64,000 bases of DNA from Euprymna scolopes. Taxonomy: Eukaryota. Every line of letters begins with the position of its first letter. Positions within the stretch are counted from its first letter, which is position 1. The position numbers and the translations under genes are program-made. The stretch lies in assembly GCA_053919585.1 (NCBI GenBank), contig CM132794.1. One strand, written 5' to 3'. Below the pieces are notes generated by a model that saw nothing but the letters and a program-made list of their open reading frames with translations, was not told the origin of the DNA and made no database searches. This document shows positions 63,275 to 64,000 of this stretch, piece after piece.

Positions 63275-64000
63275 TTTTTTTTGTGTGTGTGCATTGATAT
63301 TCATATTTTTCTGTATATTTAAAAGCAAAATATAACTTTGTTATATATGGGTTGTGGAGTTGAATTCATCTGCAAAAGATATAGCAAATTTGCATGTGGT
63401 TTTAAACATTCATTTTAATGTATTCTCTATTAGTTTTTTCGGGTTTCTTATGGGGTGATCATCTTTAGTTAACGATTACGTGTAATTATATTCATGCAGA
63501 TATTTTACATGATTTATACTTGCATAATATTTGCGTAGAAATAGTTATTGTAAACACAAACCTCTTTCTATATATATTTATGTATGCATATATATATTTG
63601 TTATAAAAAATGCCTGGCAAACTGCTCTGCCAGTTTTTGGTCTACAGACATGAAACTTAATATAGAGGGTGTTTGAACTCATGTGAGACTTTATATTTGG
63701 TTTTTAGGTGAGGAAAGTCGGTGCAAAAGTGTGAAACTTAAGAAATGAAATTTCGTAGGGGAGGTCAAACGGAGGCATTACGAATATGCATGCGTAACGT
63801 AATAGATATTCGTTCGTGTTTTAATTTTTACTCTTGTAGCTCAGGCATTAACGTCAAAGGAAAAAGTAATTCGTAAGCTAAACGTTTTGATATCGATTCT
63901 CGGTGGTGGCCCACGAGTCATTTTTTTTTTAATTTTTTAAATAATTATTATATATTCGGTCCAATATAATATAATAATATATACGAAACCTGCATTGATC

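Noticed and set aside
7907-63297. Numerous short ORFs with YIYI, CVCV, MYVC, poly-Y/L/I or X runs
   Set aside because: Artefacts of microsatellites, N-blocks or antisense frames of transposon genes.

Overview
AT-rich, repeat-dense eukaryotic DNA, most likely an invertebrate animal, with 13 short N-blocks. No intact host protein-coding gene can be supported. The window is mostly decayed transposable elements: a Tx1/L1-type LINE (1-3.3 kb), a Ty1/copia internal region with its PBS (3.5-7.5 kb), CR1/L2-type LINE pieces (13.4-19 kb), a Penelope-like GIY-YIG fragment (27.8-28.5 kb), an RTE LINE (34.2-35.7 kb), a probable solo LTR (42.2-43.4 kb), a rearranged Gypsy (57.5-60.7 kb), a Tc1/mariner remnant, hAT-type MITEs, and more than 15 modular non-autonomous Helitron-like elements with hairpin+CTAG ends. 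The most notable signal is non-coding: seven type I hammerhead ribozyme folds (CUGAnGA-stem II-GAAA-stem III-NUH-stem I) in four unrelated sequence families. Three families place a tRNA-like Pol III head directly upstream of the ribozyme (retrozyme / Schistosoma Sm-alpha-like), and one occurs as a mirror pair inside a 257-bp palindrome resembling an inverted Penelope pLTR. All lie next to (TA)n tracts. Folds were assigned by eye and need covariance-model and cleavage confirmation.
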